Source of the DNA: a virus
Virus record (IMG/VR): IMGVR_UViG_3300046463_000164
Reading direction: 5' to 3' (one strand)
DNA length: 64,000 nt
A program made the position numbers and the translations under genes. Position 1 is the stretch's first letter. The number at the start of each line of letters is the position of its first letter. Below, in pieces: positions 20,924-29,194 of the stretch. Below the pieces are notes generated by a model. The model had not been told where the DNA came from, ran no database searches, and was given only the letters and a program-made list of their open reading frames with translations.

Positions 20924-22219
20924 ATGGCACTCGTCACTGAAGAAATGCTAAACAAGTGGAAGCCTGTTCTAGAGTCCACCGACTCACAATCAGCTGCTGA
21001 ATTGAACCAACAAAAGATCGCTGCTCGCCTCTTGGAAAACCAAGAAGCATGGTGTAAGTCTAATCAGCAATTCCTATTGGAAACTGCTGCTTCTACGAAC
21101 GCTACTGGCACTTCTGTTGCTACGTGGTCTCCCGTTCTTATCAAGATGGCAAAGCGTTTGCCTCCGATGCTTATCAGCATGGAATTCTTCGGCGTACAAC
21201 CGCTAAAGACTCCTGATGGTCTAGTATTCGCAATGCGTTCGCGTTATACGAACCAAACCGGCGCTGAAGCTCTATTCAACGAAGCTAACTCTGCATTCTC
21301 TGGTGCAGGCGCGCAAGCTGGTTCTATGACCGGTCTACCGAAGGACTACATCACAACGGGTACGCCTGCTGTTGATCCTACAACTGGTACCGGTATGTCT
21401 ACGGCTACTGCTGAATCTCTAGGGTCTACGACTCCTTGGGCGCAGATGGCTTTCAGCATCGAAAAGACGACCGTGTCTGCAAAGGCTCGTGGTCTATTCG
21501 CTGACTACACGCACGAACTACGTCAAGACATGCAAGCTGTTCACGGTCTTGAAGTTGACTCGATCCTAAGCGAAATGCTAGTGACCGAAATCCAAGCTGA
21601 AATGAACCGCGAATTCATCCGCACGATGTTGATCGCTGCCAAGTACGGCGCAGCTGGTGCAACTAAGGCTGGTCTATTCGACGTTACCGTTGATACTGAC
21701 GGCCGTTGGATGATGGAACGTTGGAAGGGTCTATTGTTCCAAATCGAATTGGACGCTAACGCTATCGCGATTGATACGAAGCGTGGTAAGGGTAATCGTT
21801 TGCTAGTTTCTCCTAACGTTGCTTCTGCTTTGGCAATGGCTGGTGTTCTAGAATACAACCCTAACCTAGCAACCTCTATCAAGGTTGATTCTACGTCTAG
21901 CACGTTCGCTGGTGTTTTGGCTAACGGTATGCGCGTACACATCGACCCGTATGCTGATCGCGAGTTCTACTGCGTTGCATACAAGGGCGCTAACGAAATG
22001 GACGCTGGTATTTTCTACAGCCCGTACACTCCGTTGGAAATGTACCGTACTGTTGGTGAAGACAACTTCAATCCGCGTATGGGTTTCAAGACCAGGTACG
22101 CTATCAGCGCCAATCCTTTTTATAAACAGGATGCGTCTGGTACGCCCGCTACTGGCGCTGGTCTTGGTCAAGGTGAGAATGGATTTTACCGGAAAGCGGT
22201 CGTGACTAAACTATTTTGA
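20924..22219 (+). CDS. gp23: Major capsid protein gp23
   Basis: KWKPVLE, GVQPLKTPDGLVFAMRSRY, EMNREFI, DAGIFYSPY, FNPRMGFKTRY. Confidence 0.97.
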   Translation: MALVTEEMLNKWKPVLESTDSQSAAELNQQKIAARLLENQEAWCKSNQQFLLETAASTNATGTSVATWSPVLIKMAKRLPPMLISMEFFGVQPLKTPDGLVFAMRSRYTNQTGAEALFNEANSAFSGAGAQAGSMTGLPKDYITTGTPAVDPTTGTGMSTATAESLGSTTPWAQMAFSIEKTTVSAKARGLFADYTHELRQDMQAVHGLEVDSILSEMLVTEIQAEMNREFIRTMLIAAKYGAAGATKAGLFDVTVDTDGRWMMERWKGLLFQIELDANAIAIDTKRGKGNRLLVSPNVASALAMAGVLEYNPNLATSIKVDSTSSTFAGVLANGMRVHIDPYADREFYCVAYKGANEMDAGIFYSPYTPLEMYRTVGEDNFNPRMGFKTRYAISANPFYKQDASGTPATGAGLGQGENGFYRKAVVTKLF

Positions 22220-22268
22220 GAAATGAGGGTTTCGGCCCTCATGCTCCGAGTAGTTAAGCAATAAATGG

Positions 22269-22299
22269 AAAAGCCCTCAGGAATCCTGAGGGCTTTTTT
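22269..22299. terminator. Bidirectional terminator after gp23
   Basis: AAAAGCCCTCAGG-AAT-CCTGAGGGCTTTTTT. Confidence 0.85.
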
Positions 22300-22300
22300 G

Positions 22301-23164
22301 TTATACTCCGTGGGTCTTTTTGAGATGAACGTTTAATCTGGCTGTGGTTGTCTCCATTCTACATATAGTACAAGAGGCTCGAATTCTAGGATATTTTCCT
22401 TTGTTGCCGGTTATATCCTTTCTGAGACTCTTGTCTCCCGTACACTTACCTTCTCCGTGGTATGCAGCTAGATTGTTGACCGCAGTATTTTCTCCGCAAT
22501 GAGGACAATCAACTCTATCTCTCTTCAATCCTTGAGCCTTGATATTGGCCGCAGATTTCTTACGACCTAACTTAAAGGATTCGTCGCTCACAGCCGCGCG
22601 TGCCTTCCTGGCCACCTCTTGTAAATCAGGACGGTTTAAGGCTGTCTGCCTCATGGCTTCGCTGTACGCTTTCCTAAACTCGGGATCGGTCTCAAGCTTC
22701 TTTTTGAGACCCTCTATCATCAAATCTCCATGCGCCTTCTTTTCTTCTGGCGATTTGGAATCCCAATGATCCTGAACAGCTTGTTTGAGTCTGGCCAGTT
22801 CTTCGGGCGTTCTCTCGCTTGTATTACCATCACCGCCTTTAGTGATGTTACAAAGGATACCTCCTTTATCATAAGCCTTTCGGCCCAGGAAGGCAATCAT
22901 GAATATCTCTAGTTCAACCGCTTGTTCCTTAGAGATACCGATATCAACTATCTCAACTTCAGGCTCTAATCCATTCTTCAGAATCATTTGAATGGTGCGG
23001 TTCTTGTGGGGATTGTAACCAACCTCTCCGCCAGAGGCTTCCTTCTGATGTACCAAAGGTCGTCCGTCTGGATTATCGTAGATACTCAATCCCACATAGA
23101 AAATCTTGTTTCTGCCAGAGGAATCAACCTTTAACGGGTTCCTCAATAGATATACCAAAGCCAT
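22301..23164 (-). CDS. Free-standing GIY-YIG-type homing endonuclease
   Basis: LVYLLRNP...FYVGL, LEIFMIAFLGR, LCNITKGGDG; C-terminal CPHC/CTIC zinc motifs. Confidence 0.8.
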   Translation of the reverse strand: MALVYLLRNPLKVDSSGRNKIFYVGLSIYDNPDGRPLVHQKEASGGEVGYNPHKNRTIQMILKNGLEPEVEIVDIGISKEQAVELEIFMIAFLGRKAYDKGGILCNITKGGDGNTSERTPEELARLKQAVQDHWDSKSPEEKKAHGDLMIEGLKKKLETDPEFRKAYSEAMRQTALNRPDLQEVARKARAAVSDESFKLGRKKSAANIKAQGLKRDRVDCPHCGENTAVNNLAAYHGEGKCTGDKSLRKDITGNKGKYPRIRASCTICRMETTTARLNVHLKKTHGV

Positions 23165-23207
23165 AGCATCCTCCTTTTAGCCTATTATACCCTAAAGCAC
23201 TAAAAAG

Positions 23208-23236
23208 AAAAGCCCTTCATTTCTGAAGGGCTTTTG
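23208..23236. terminator. Bidirectional terminator
   Basis: AAAAGCCCTTCA-TTTC-TGAAGGGCTTTT. Confidence 0.85.
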
Positions 23237-23238
23237 CT

Positions 23239-23526
23239 TTATGTCAACACTACATAACTATTGCCATGACGCCGCCATACCTCTCGAATCTGCTTGATAG
23301 TTCCTTTCTTGAGCAAACGAAACAAATCTACATCTTCCCTAGTCTGGAGGCAATACTTGCGATTCACCGGCAACTTACCCATGATCAGAATGTGATCAAT
23401 AATCGCTTTCTTTCTCTCTGTTCCGGGTGTCATGCCCTGCCAGGCAAAAGCAGGGTATTCTACACAGACAAACTTACGAGCGGGCGCGTGCGCGGACTTC
23501 TTCAAACTTCGGGACATAGTCAACAA
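23239..23526 (-). CDS. Hypothetical protein
   Basis: 95-aa ORF co-oriented with nadV and ending at the terminator. Confidence 0.6.
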   Translation of the reverse strand: MLTMSRSLKKSAHAPARKFVCVEYPAFAWQGMTPGTERKKAIIDHILIMGKLPVNRKYCLQTREDVDLFRLLKKGTIKQIREVWRRHGNSYVVLT

Positions 23527-24913
23527 ATCCGTCGCTGAAATAACGCCTCCAACCCTTCTGCGATTGGAACACCGTGTAGTCCGATGTCACAATCAAATCG
23601 TCGCCATCGTACTGCGTATGAGCCAGACCAGTCAACGACTTCTTGCTTGCGTCTGTCTTAGGTTCCTTCAGAAGATTGACCCAAACTCCACCGCCCAAAC
23701 GAGCCGTTGCCTTCATCGAGAAGCTGAACTCATCGCGGCCAGGACCATGAGTCAAACCGCCGCCCATACCAAACGTCAGATTATCCAGCGAGTACCCAGA
23801 CTTGACCAGATTGTCCAGAATCTTCACCAGAGAATCTTGGTTGATGCCGTCACCCTGGATAACGCGAACTGAAGGATGCAGCGTTTTGAATCCCATGGCG
23901 TTATCAGTAGAACCAAACTTCTCATCAAGCCATTCGATCACTTGAATAGGCTTGGTCATAGGATCGCCCGAATCAGGCCGTGCAACGAGAACGCCGCCAG
24001 ATGCAACAATACGTTCCTTCAGACGTTCTCCCAGATATTCCTTGACAAAACGTTCATCATCATACGTATCAATCACAACCGATTGCAACGGAATGCCGAT
24101 GCCGCGTTGAGTACGCTTAACCGCTTCTTCCAGACGAGTAACCGACATCTCAGCTGCACCAAAGTCATCCTTGGTCTTAGCATCCGAGTGCGAGCACATT
24201 ACGCTATGCTCCGTCGCGTCAACCGAACTGAGATAGTTCTTGCTGGTGCGATACAGCTTCTTGATATAGCGACCGGCGCTGAGACAGTCAGAACCGCTGA
24301 ACAACGTGCCGTGAGCGATTGCTGCCAAAATCGCGCCATCTTCGCCATCTGCACCGCGATCACCAAAGTTATGCAGCTTGTATTCCAGCAGTTCCTTAGT
24401 AGAACCGGTGAGTGCAGTAACTTCCTCAAGCTCTTTGTAGCAGTAGCGGCTGATCGATGCAACTGTGGTCATCTTCCACATGATACGCTGAACAACCGTT
24501 TCAACATAGGAAACCAACCAGAAGAAGCGCGGGTCAGTATTCACAATACCCAGAATCGGAGTGTTGGGTTTGACAACCGTACCTTCCTCAACTCCGTAGA
24601 CATCCAGAGGCAGACGACCGTCAAACTCACGGACGATGGTTTCCCAATCTTTACGGTTGAACTCATAACCGTAGGCATTGACTTCCAGTTCGGCTTCGTC
24701 AATCATTTCTTGAGTAATACGAACAGCAGCCAGTTCAGCCGCCACAAACGTTGCGCCGGTGGCAACAATTTCCTTCGTATATGCAGAACCCTTGCGAGGC
24801 ACCACCGTCGAGTAGATGAATTGAGTATCATCCGGATACTCAGCGAAGTGATGCAGCTTGTAGCTATCGCACAGAAGAATGAAGTTTGCCGCAAGAATCG
24901 AATTCAAAGACAT
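23474..24913 (-). CDS. nadV: Nicotinamide phosphoribosyltransferase (Nampt/NadV)
   Basis: DSYKLHH, LHNFGDRG, ATEHSVM, SVVIDTYD, VARPDSGDP, VIQGDGI, FGMGGGL motifs. Confidence 0.95.
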   Translation of the reverse strand: MSLNSILAANFILLCDSYKLHHFAEYPDDTQFIYSTVVPRKGSAYTKEIVATGATFVAAELAAVRITQEMIDEAELEVNAYGYEFNRKDWETIVREFDGRLPLDVYGVEEGTVVKPNTPILGIVNTDPRFFWLVSYVETVVQRIMWKMTTVASISRYCYKELEEVTALTGSTKELLEYKLHNFGDRGADGEDGAILAAIAHGTLFSGSDCLSAGRYIKKLYRTSKNYLSSVDATEHSVMCSHSDAKTKDDFGAAEMSVTRLEEAVKRTQRGIGIPLQSVVIDTYDDERFVKEYLGERLKERIVASGGVLVARPDSGDPMTKPIQVIEWLDEKFGSTDNAMGFKTLHPSVRVIQGDGINQDSLVKILDNLVKSGYSLDNLTFGMGGGLTHGPGRDEFSFSMKATARLGGGVWVNLLKEPKTDASKKSLTGLAHTQYDGDDLIVTSDYTVFQSQKGWRRYFSDGFVDYVPKFEEVRARARS

Positions 24914-24924
24914 TATTATTTTCC

Positions 24925-26010
24925 TTACATACCCAAAAGAAGATTATCCAACTGTTGCAGTTCCTTCTCAACCTTCACGAAGTGCTTCACCATGAAGATG
25001 TGATCATCATACGTTTCAGCGGCGATATCATCCAACCGTTGTTGGTGAACCCATTCATATCCAGCCGCGTCATCAGCCGGATAGATTTCAGGGAAGTCAT
25101 CAAACATATCAGTGATATCGAAATACACTCCCAACGTACTACGGGGAATACCCATTGCCCGATGCGGGTCATCGAACAGCTTAGTTGCCTTGATACATTT
25201 CTCCAAGGCATCAGGCGGAATATTCGGGCGGCATTCCTCATAAAATTCACGAATCGCAGCTTGTTGGAAAGTCTCATCGCGGTTCTTAAACCCGCCAGGA
25301 GTAGCCTTGCAGCCTTTACCCGGAACGCGAGCGCGGATGATGAACAAGAAGTAATCGCGCCAACGAACAATCGCATCCGCACAGCTGAAGTTCAACGTTT
25401 CCTTATACGGATATCCAGAGAAGCGCAAAGCCTCATCTTGATAATACTTCCACTCTTGCTGTAGGTCCATATTGAAAGGCAACGAATTCAGATATTGAAT
25501 AGTCGCGTAGGGAACTTCTTTGTGCATCTTATTCAGCAGCAAATCTGTCTGATACCCATCAAACCAAGCCTTACGCAGCGTCGTTGCGTCCATGCTACTC
25601 TTGGCTGGTGTAATGCCTTGTTTCCATTCCGGAAACATCTTCAGGTAGAACGTCGATTCATCCTTGTCGCTACCATACAGCGTAATCGTATCTTCCCAAC
25701 GGGCTTGCGAATTCACATTCATGCGAACCATTTCTGCCCAAGCATCGTTGTCAAGAGGATCATCAGGCAGCGGCTTAAACACAAATCTAACTGATGGCGG
25801 AATCTCATAATCCGCCCAGATGTTCTCAGAAATCAGTTCTTCCCGCTGCTTTACCGTGAGGGGATTCTTGATCGACACGCGACGATTGCTAGAGCCTAGC
25901 AGGATGATCACCACATCGTTTTCCAGCGCTGCACGACGCACATGGTCGTGATGTTCATTATGATAGCCTTCAAAACGACCAATCAATACACCAATACGCT
26001 TACTCATCAA
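24925..26010 (-). CDS. natV: Bifunctional NMN adenylyltransferase / Nudix hydrolase (NatV/NadM-Nudix)
   Basis: IGRFEGYHNEH (HxxH), GSSN..KNPL, DATTLR; Nudix box PGGF...ETFQQAAIREFYEE; ADDA. Confidence 0.92.
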   Translation of the reverse strand: MMSKRIGVLIGRFEGYHNEHHDHVRRAALENDVVIILLGSSNRRVSIKNPLTVKQREELISENIWADYEIPPSVRFVFKPLPDDPLDNDAWAEMVRMNVNSQARWEDTITLYGSDKDESTFYLKMFPEWKQGITPAKSSMDATTLRKAWFDGYQTDLLLNKMHKEVPYATIQYLNSLPFNMDLQQEWKYYQDEALRFSGYPYKETLNFSCADAIVRWRDYFLFIIRARVPGKGCKATPGGFKNRDETFQQAAIREFYEECRPNIPPDALEKCIKATKLFDDPHRAMGIPRSTLGVYFDITDMFDDFPEIYPADDAAGYEWVHQQRLDDIAAETYDDHIFMVKHFVKVEKELQQLDNLLLGM

Positions 26011-26288
26011 TCAGTCACTCCGCTACGAAAATAAAACGCGCCATCTTCAAAACCATAATCTTCTCGATCTTTCCATTCTTTGGCCGGAATGAAAGGGCGG
26101 ATCGCATTTTTGATCGCATCTCCATGTTTCCTTCGGCTAGCAATAGGATCGCCGCCTACGTGCCAAATAATATCGCGGAGGAAAATCGCTTCTTCAACTG
26201 TCAAATTGAGTTGAATGAATTCCTCATCAACAACCTTTTGTACCGGAATCAATACTTTACTGGCTTCAGCCATTTTTACATTCTCCAT
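26007..26288 (-). CDS. Hypothetical protein
   Basis: 93 aa, first gene after the early promoter at 26305-26332. Confidence 0.7.
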   Translation of the reverse strand: MENVKMAEASKVLIPVQKVVDEEFIQLNLTVEEAIFLRDIIWHVGGDPIASRRKHGDAIKNAIRPFIPAKEWKDREDYGFEDGAFYFRSGVTD

Positions 26289-26304
26289 CGTTAAGGATAC
26301 ATCT

Positions 26305-26332
26305 ATTATACCCTAATATGCGAAAAAGTAAA
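26305..26332 (-). promoter_or_regulatory. Early sigma70-type promoter TTTACT-N16/17-TATAAT (copies: minus 28296-28324, 35299-35327, 40365-40393; plus 43696-43724, 48600-48628, 49530-49558, 53692-53720)
   Basis: Eight near-identical intergenic copies with correct spacing; resembles the T4 early promoter -35 GTTTAC. Confidence 0.8.
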
Positions 26333-26398
26333 GAAAAATGCCCTGAGATTTCTCCCAGGGCATAAGTACATAAATGAAAAGTTTGTTATGAAGAAGAT

Positions 26399-26472
26399 TG
26401 GCGGGCCGTCGAGGAATCGAACCCCAGTAACTGGATTTGGAGACCAGCGTAATACCACTATACGAACAACCC
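26399..26472 (-). tRNA. tRNA-Trp (CCA)
   Basis: Cloverleaf, anticodon loop CTCCAAA, encoded CCA end. Confidence 0.9.
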
Positions 26473-26478
26473 ATAATT

Positions 26479-26553
26479 TGGAGTCACATGCGGGAGTCGA
26501 ACCCGCCTTACCTGATAGAAAGTCAAGTGTCCTAACCAATAGACGAATGTGAC
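26479..26553 (-). tRNA. tRNA-Glu (TTC), U at position 37
   Basis: Stem CTTGA/TCAGG, loop CTTTCTA, CCA end. Confidence 0.85.
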
Positions 26554-26595
26554 ATAGACTGTTTCTTGTTTGGGTACAGTTAAACCCATAGTAAT

Positions 26596-26736
26596 CGGAG
26601 GGATGAGCGCGGAATCGAACCGGCCCAACTGGAGATCAACCCAGTACTCTACGGCGTCCATGTCAAATATATTGTTTCTCCGATGCGGCCAGCGCTAGCA
26701 GAAAAGGTTCCGCAATATAAGTGTGTAGATCATCCC
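26596..26736 (-). ncRNA. 141-nt tRNA-like structured RNA
   Basis: Acceptor-like stem GGGATGA/TCATCCC, GGTTCGATTCC T-loop, internal stems TCTAC/GTAGA, TATATTG/CAATATA and ACTGG/CCAGT. Confidence 0.65.
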
Positions 26737-26745
26737 ATTGAAACT

Positions 26746-26823
26746 TGGTGGACCGTGTCGGATTCAAACCGACCTGTATCCTACTTGCAAAGCAGGTGAC
26801 CACGTCTAGCAGTCCCACAGCCC
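26746..26823 (-). tRNA. tRNA-Ala (TGC)
   Basis: Loop TTTGCAA, G3:U70 pair, CCA end; T-loop TTTGAAT. Confidence 0.88.
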
Positions 26824-26841
26824 ATATTACTACTTAATCGT

Positions 26842-26917
26842 TGGCAGGGGTGGTAGGATTCGAACCTACGATAACCGGGTCAAAGCCGATTGCCTTGGGC
26901 CTCTAGGCGACACCCCA
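26842..26917 (-). tRNA. tRNA-Gln (TTG)
   Basis: Loop CTTTGAC, CCA end. Confidence 0.9.
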
Positions 26918-27002
26918 ACTGAAGGAAGTTGGCTGTTATCGGGAATCCACTTCCCAACACAATCCAGTTCTTAGTGGATACAGATAACTTCCTTTTAAAC
27001 TT

Positions 27003-27078
27003 TGGTGCCCGGTGTCTGATTCGAACAGACAACCCACTGCTTACAAGGCAGTCGCTCTACCGTTGGAGCTAACCGGGC
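27003..27078 (-). tRNA. tRNA-Thr (TGT)
   Basis: Stem ACTGC/GCAGT, loop CTTGTAA. Confidence 0.92.
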
Positions 27079-27150
27079 ATTAGAGAGTCCAAATTATTTA
27101 ACGTTGCTGTCCTCTACAAGCCCACAACGCTTCCCATCCCGATGAGAATT

Positions 27151-27237
27151 TGGTGCCAAGGGCCGGATTCGAACCGGCACGCCCTTTCGAACGGCGGATT
27201 TTGAATCCGCTGCATCTACCTATTACACCACCCTGGC
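27151..27237 (-). tRNA. tRNA-Leu (CAA)
   Basis: Loop TTCAAAA, long variable arm. Confidence 0.92.
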
Positions 27238-27242
27238 AATAC

Positions 27243-27327
27243 TGGTGGGCGAAGTGGGACTTGAACCCACACGTCTTTCGACACTGGCTTCTAAGACCAG
27301 CGCGGCTGCCAATTACGCCATTCGCCC
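27243..27327 (-). tRNA. tRNA-Leu (TAG)
   Basis: Loop CTTAGAA, long variable arm; matches frequent CTA codons in late genes. Confidence 0.92.
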
Positions 27328-27432
27328 AAATTAGTGGAGAACCAGTTAACTTCGGGGAAACTGGTGCCGCGATTATCTCCTCAAACGGTCTTCATTTACC
27401 GCCACTGGTGGCAAGGCAAATTCTTTTAAACT

Positions 27433-27519
27433 TGGTGGGTGCAGTAGGATTCGAACCTACAACGTTTCTTAAGTAACTGATTTACAGTCAGCGCCCTTCA
27501 GCCATTTGGATACACACCC
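27433..27519 (-). tRNA. tRNA-Tyr (GTA)
   Basis: Loop CTGTAAA, long variable arm. Confidence 0.92.
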
Positions 27520-27528
27520 ATAAAACTT

Positions 27529-27605
27529 TGGTCACCCTGGAAGGATTCGAACCCTCACCACCTGGTCCCAAACCAGGCATGCTAACCGTTAAACACTACA
27601 GGGAG
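27529..27605 (-). tRNA. tRNA-Pro (TGG)
   Basis: Stem CCTGG/CCAGG, loop TTTGGGA. Confidence 0.9.
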
Positions 27606-27707
27606 ATAGTATTACTACTTAGCACATTTCCAAAGCAGGTCGCAACTCCTACGTCGCTGGGTACTAAACGACCCAGTATCCTTGCTCGCTAGAAGATTTG
27701 GAAAACT

Positions 27708-27785
27708 TGGCTCTCATCATGGGAATCGAACCCAATCTTAAAACCCGTATACCAGGCTCGTGCTTACCATTTACACCATCAGAGA
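27708..27785 (-). tRNA. Atypical/pseudo tRNA (loop GGTATAC, nominal TAT)
   Basis: D arm, T arm and CCA present; acceptor stem only 4 bp; G at 33. Confidence 0.5.
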
Positions 27786-27795
27786 ATTGAAACTT

Positions 27796-27871
27796 TGGTC
27801 CGCAGGGCTAGAATCGAACTAGCGACACCAGGCTCTTCAGGCGAGTGCTCTACCAACTGAGCTACCTGCGG
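27796..27871 (-). tRNA. tRNA-Phe (GAA)
   Basis: Loop CTGAAGA; anticodon stem has two mismatches. Confidence 0.8.
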
Positions 27872-27876
27872 ATATT

Positions 27877-27948
27877 TGGTTGCGGGCATAGGAATCGAAC
27901 CCATTCCCTGCTGGCTTATGAGACCAGAGTCCCCCTTGGGAACCCGCA
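27877..27948 (-). tRNA. tRNA-Met (CAT), initiator-like acceptor, shortened D arm
   Basis: Loop CTCATAA; TGCGGGT/GCCCGCA-ACCA; only 72 nt. Confidence 0.75.
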
Positions 27949-28193
27949 ATTAAACTTTCAATATTTTTGATAACTAGCCGCAGGCCGCCACAACATCGGC
28001 CATCATTTTCTAGAAATTTTCGCGCGTCTAGGGTTGGGAGTTTAAATCCCATTAGGGTATTTGCGACTTGGGGCATACTTGGCGCCTCACCAGAGGACTC
28101 GAATCGAACGGTTCGCCTTTCTCATTCCATTAGATTATGCATAAATCTGCCGGAAGGATTTCAACCTTGCTCGTAGCTAATTACCAAAAATAT

Positions 28194-28272
28194 TGGCTCC
28201 GCATCTGGGTAACGATCCCAGCTAGTCATTGATTAACAGTCAAGTCCGTGCACCATGCTCGAATTCTGCGGA
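28194..28272 (-). tRNA. tRNA-Asn (GTT), non-canonical T-loop
   Basis: Loop CTGTTAA; T-loop ATCGTTA; G73 and CCA. Confidence 0.8.
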
Positions 28273-28413
28273 ACTGTCTTACTACATAAACATCTATTAT
28301 AACGGTTTACATACAAAAAGTAAAGCGTTATAATATGAATTAGTGCCGTACTTCACTATGTAACCCCTAGAACACACTTAGTGGGAAGCGGTATACAATC
28401 GGCTAGATTACTT

Positions 28414-28490
28414 AGGGGTGACTACTGGGACTTGAACCCAGACTTACCAGATTCACTGTCTGGTTCTCTACCAAATTGAGATATAGCCAC
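28414..28490 (-). tRNA. tRNA-His (GTG), A33, 3' end CCT
   Basis: GTGGCTA/TAGTCAC acceptor with C73; loop CAGTGAA. Confidence 0.78.
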
Positions 28491-28524
28491 ACCTAAGCAA
28501 TCGTAAAACTACTTAGGTCAAACT

Positions 28525-28776
28525 TTAGGTATCAGTCTTTGCTTTAAATGCAACACCAGCGGCCAAACCGCCTAGTCCTGCCATCATAGCACCGAATCCT
28601 GTACCAAATGTTACATAATCAAGAGTTCCTGTTTTATAGATAGAGACAATGCCTCCAGCAACAAAAGTAGGAATACCGGTGGTGGAAAGGGCCGCACCAG
28701 CTACTCTAAAAGGACAATAAGAAGTGCCGTTATTTTCAGTCAGGCAATCTTTGATCAGTTTTACTAACGATCCCAT
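28525..28776 (-). CDS. Small membrane protein (two hydrophobic, Gly-rich segments; possible holin-like)
   Basis: 83 aa with two predicted transmembrane stretches. Confidence 0.6.
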   Translation of the reverse strand: MGSLVKLIKDCLTENNGTSYCPFRVAGAALSTTGIPTFVAGGIVSIYKTGTLDYVTFGTGFGAMMAGLGGLAAGVAFKAKTDT

Positions 28777-28945
28777 TATTCATCCTCAAAAACCAAGCAT
28801 CATCGCATTGCGGATATTGCTTTAGAAAATCCGCATTAGCGCGTTGATATGTTGTCTCAATTACTGATGGATGCGCTCCCTCTTTGATTAGAGTCCCTAG
28901 AACCGAAGTGCTAGCAGCTACCATATCTTTGTAACGATACATCAC
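28736..28945 (-). CDS. Hypothetical protein
   Basis: 69 aa, AGGA RBS just after tRNA-Gly. Confidence 0.6.
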   Translation of the reverse strand: MMYRYKDMVAASTSVLGTLIKEGAHPSVIETTYQRANADFLKQYPQCDDAWFLRMNNGIVSKTDQRLPD

Positions 28946-28955
28946 ATTTCCTATT

Positions 28956-29029
28956 TGGAGCAGGTGACAGGATTCGAACCCGTCTCAACGGAGTGGAAGT
29001 CCGCGGCACAACCTCTATACCACACCTGC
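28956..29029 (-). tRNA. tRNA-Gly (TCC)
   Basis: Loop CTTCCAC, U73 and CCA. Confidence 0.92.
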
Positions 29030-29103
29030 ATAAATTTGCATCTACAAACCCTAGGCGGTCGTTATTAACCAATCTAGGTTGAATATTTGTAGATGACTAT
29101 ATT

Positions 29104-29178
29104 TGGCGGCTAGTAGGGGAATCGAACCCCTATGTTCGGATAGACAGTTCAACATAATAACCGTTATATGAACTAGCC
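29104..29178 (-). tRNA. tRNA-Asp (GTC), U at position 37
   Basis: Loop CTGTCTA, G73 and CCA. Confidence 0.85.
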
Positions 29179-29194
29179 ATTCTTTCTTACAAAA

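Noticed and set aside
23876-25003. 375-aa plus-strand ORF
   Set aside because: Antisense shadow of nadV; no RBS or recognisable motifs; explained by codon bias of the real gene
28080-28110. tRNA-like 3' end (TTCGAGTCCTCTGGTGAGGCGCCA on the minus strand)
   Set aside because: No matching 5' half or T-stem partner found nearby; probably a remnant, so not called a gene
26306-28176. ORF-track entries overlapping tRNA genes (26306-26539, 26458-26661, 27150-27476, 27837-28076, 27967-28176)
   Set aside because: They translate tRNA sequence or its complement and have no supporting RBS or motifs
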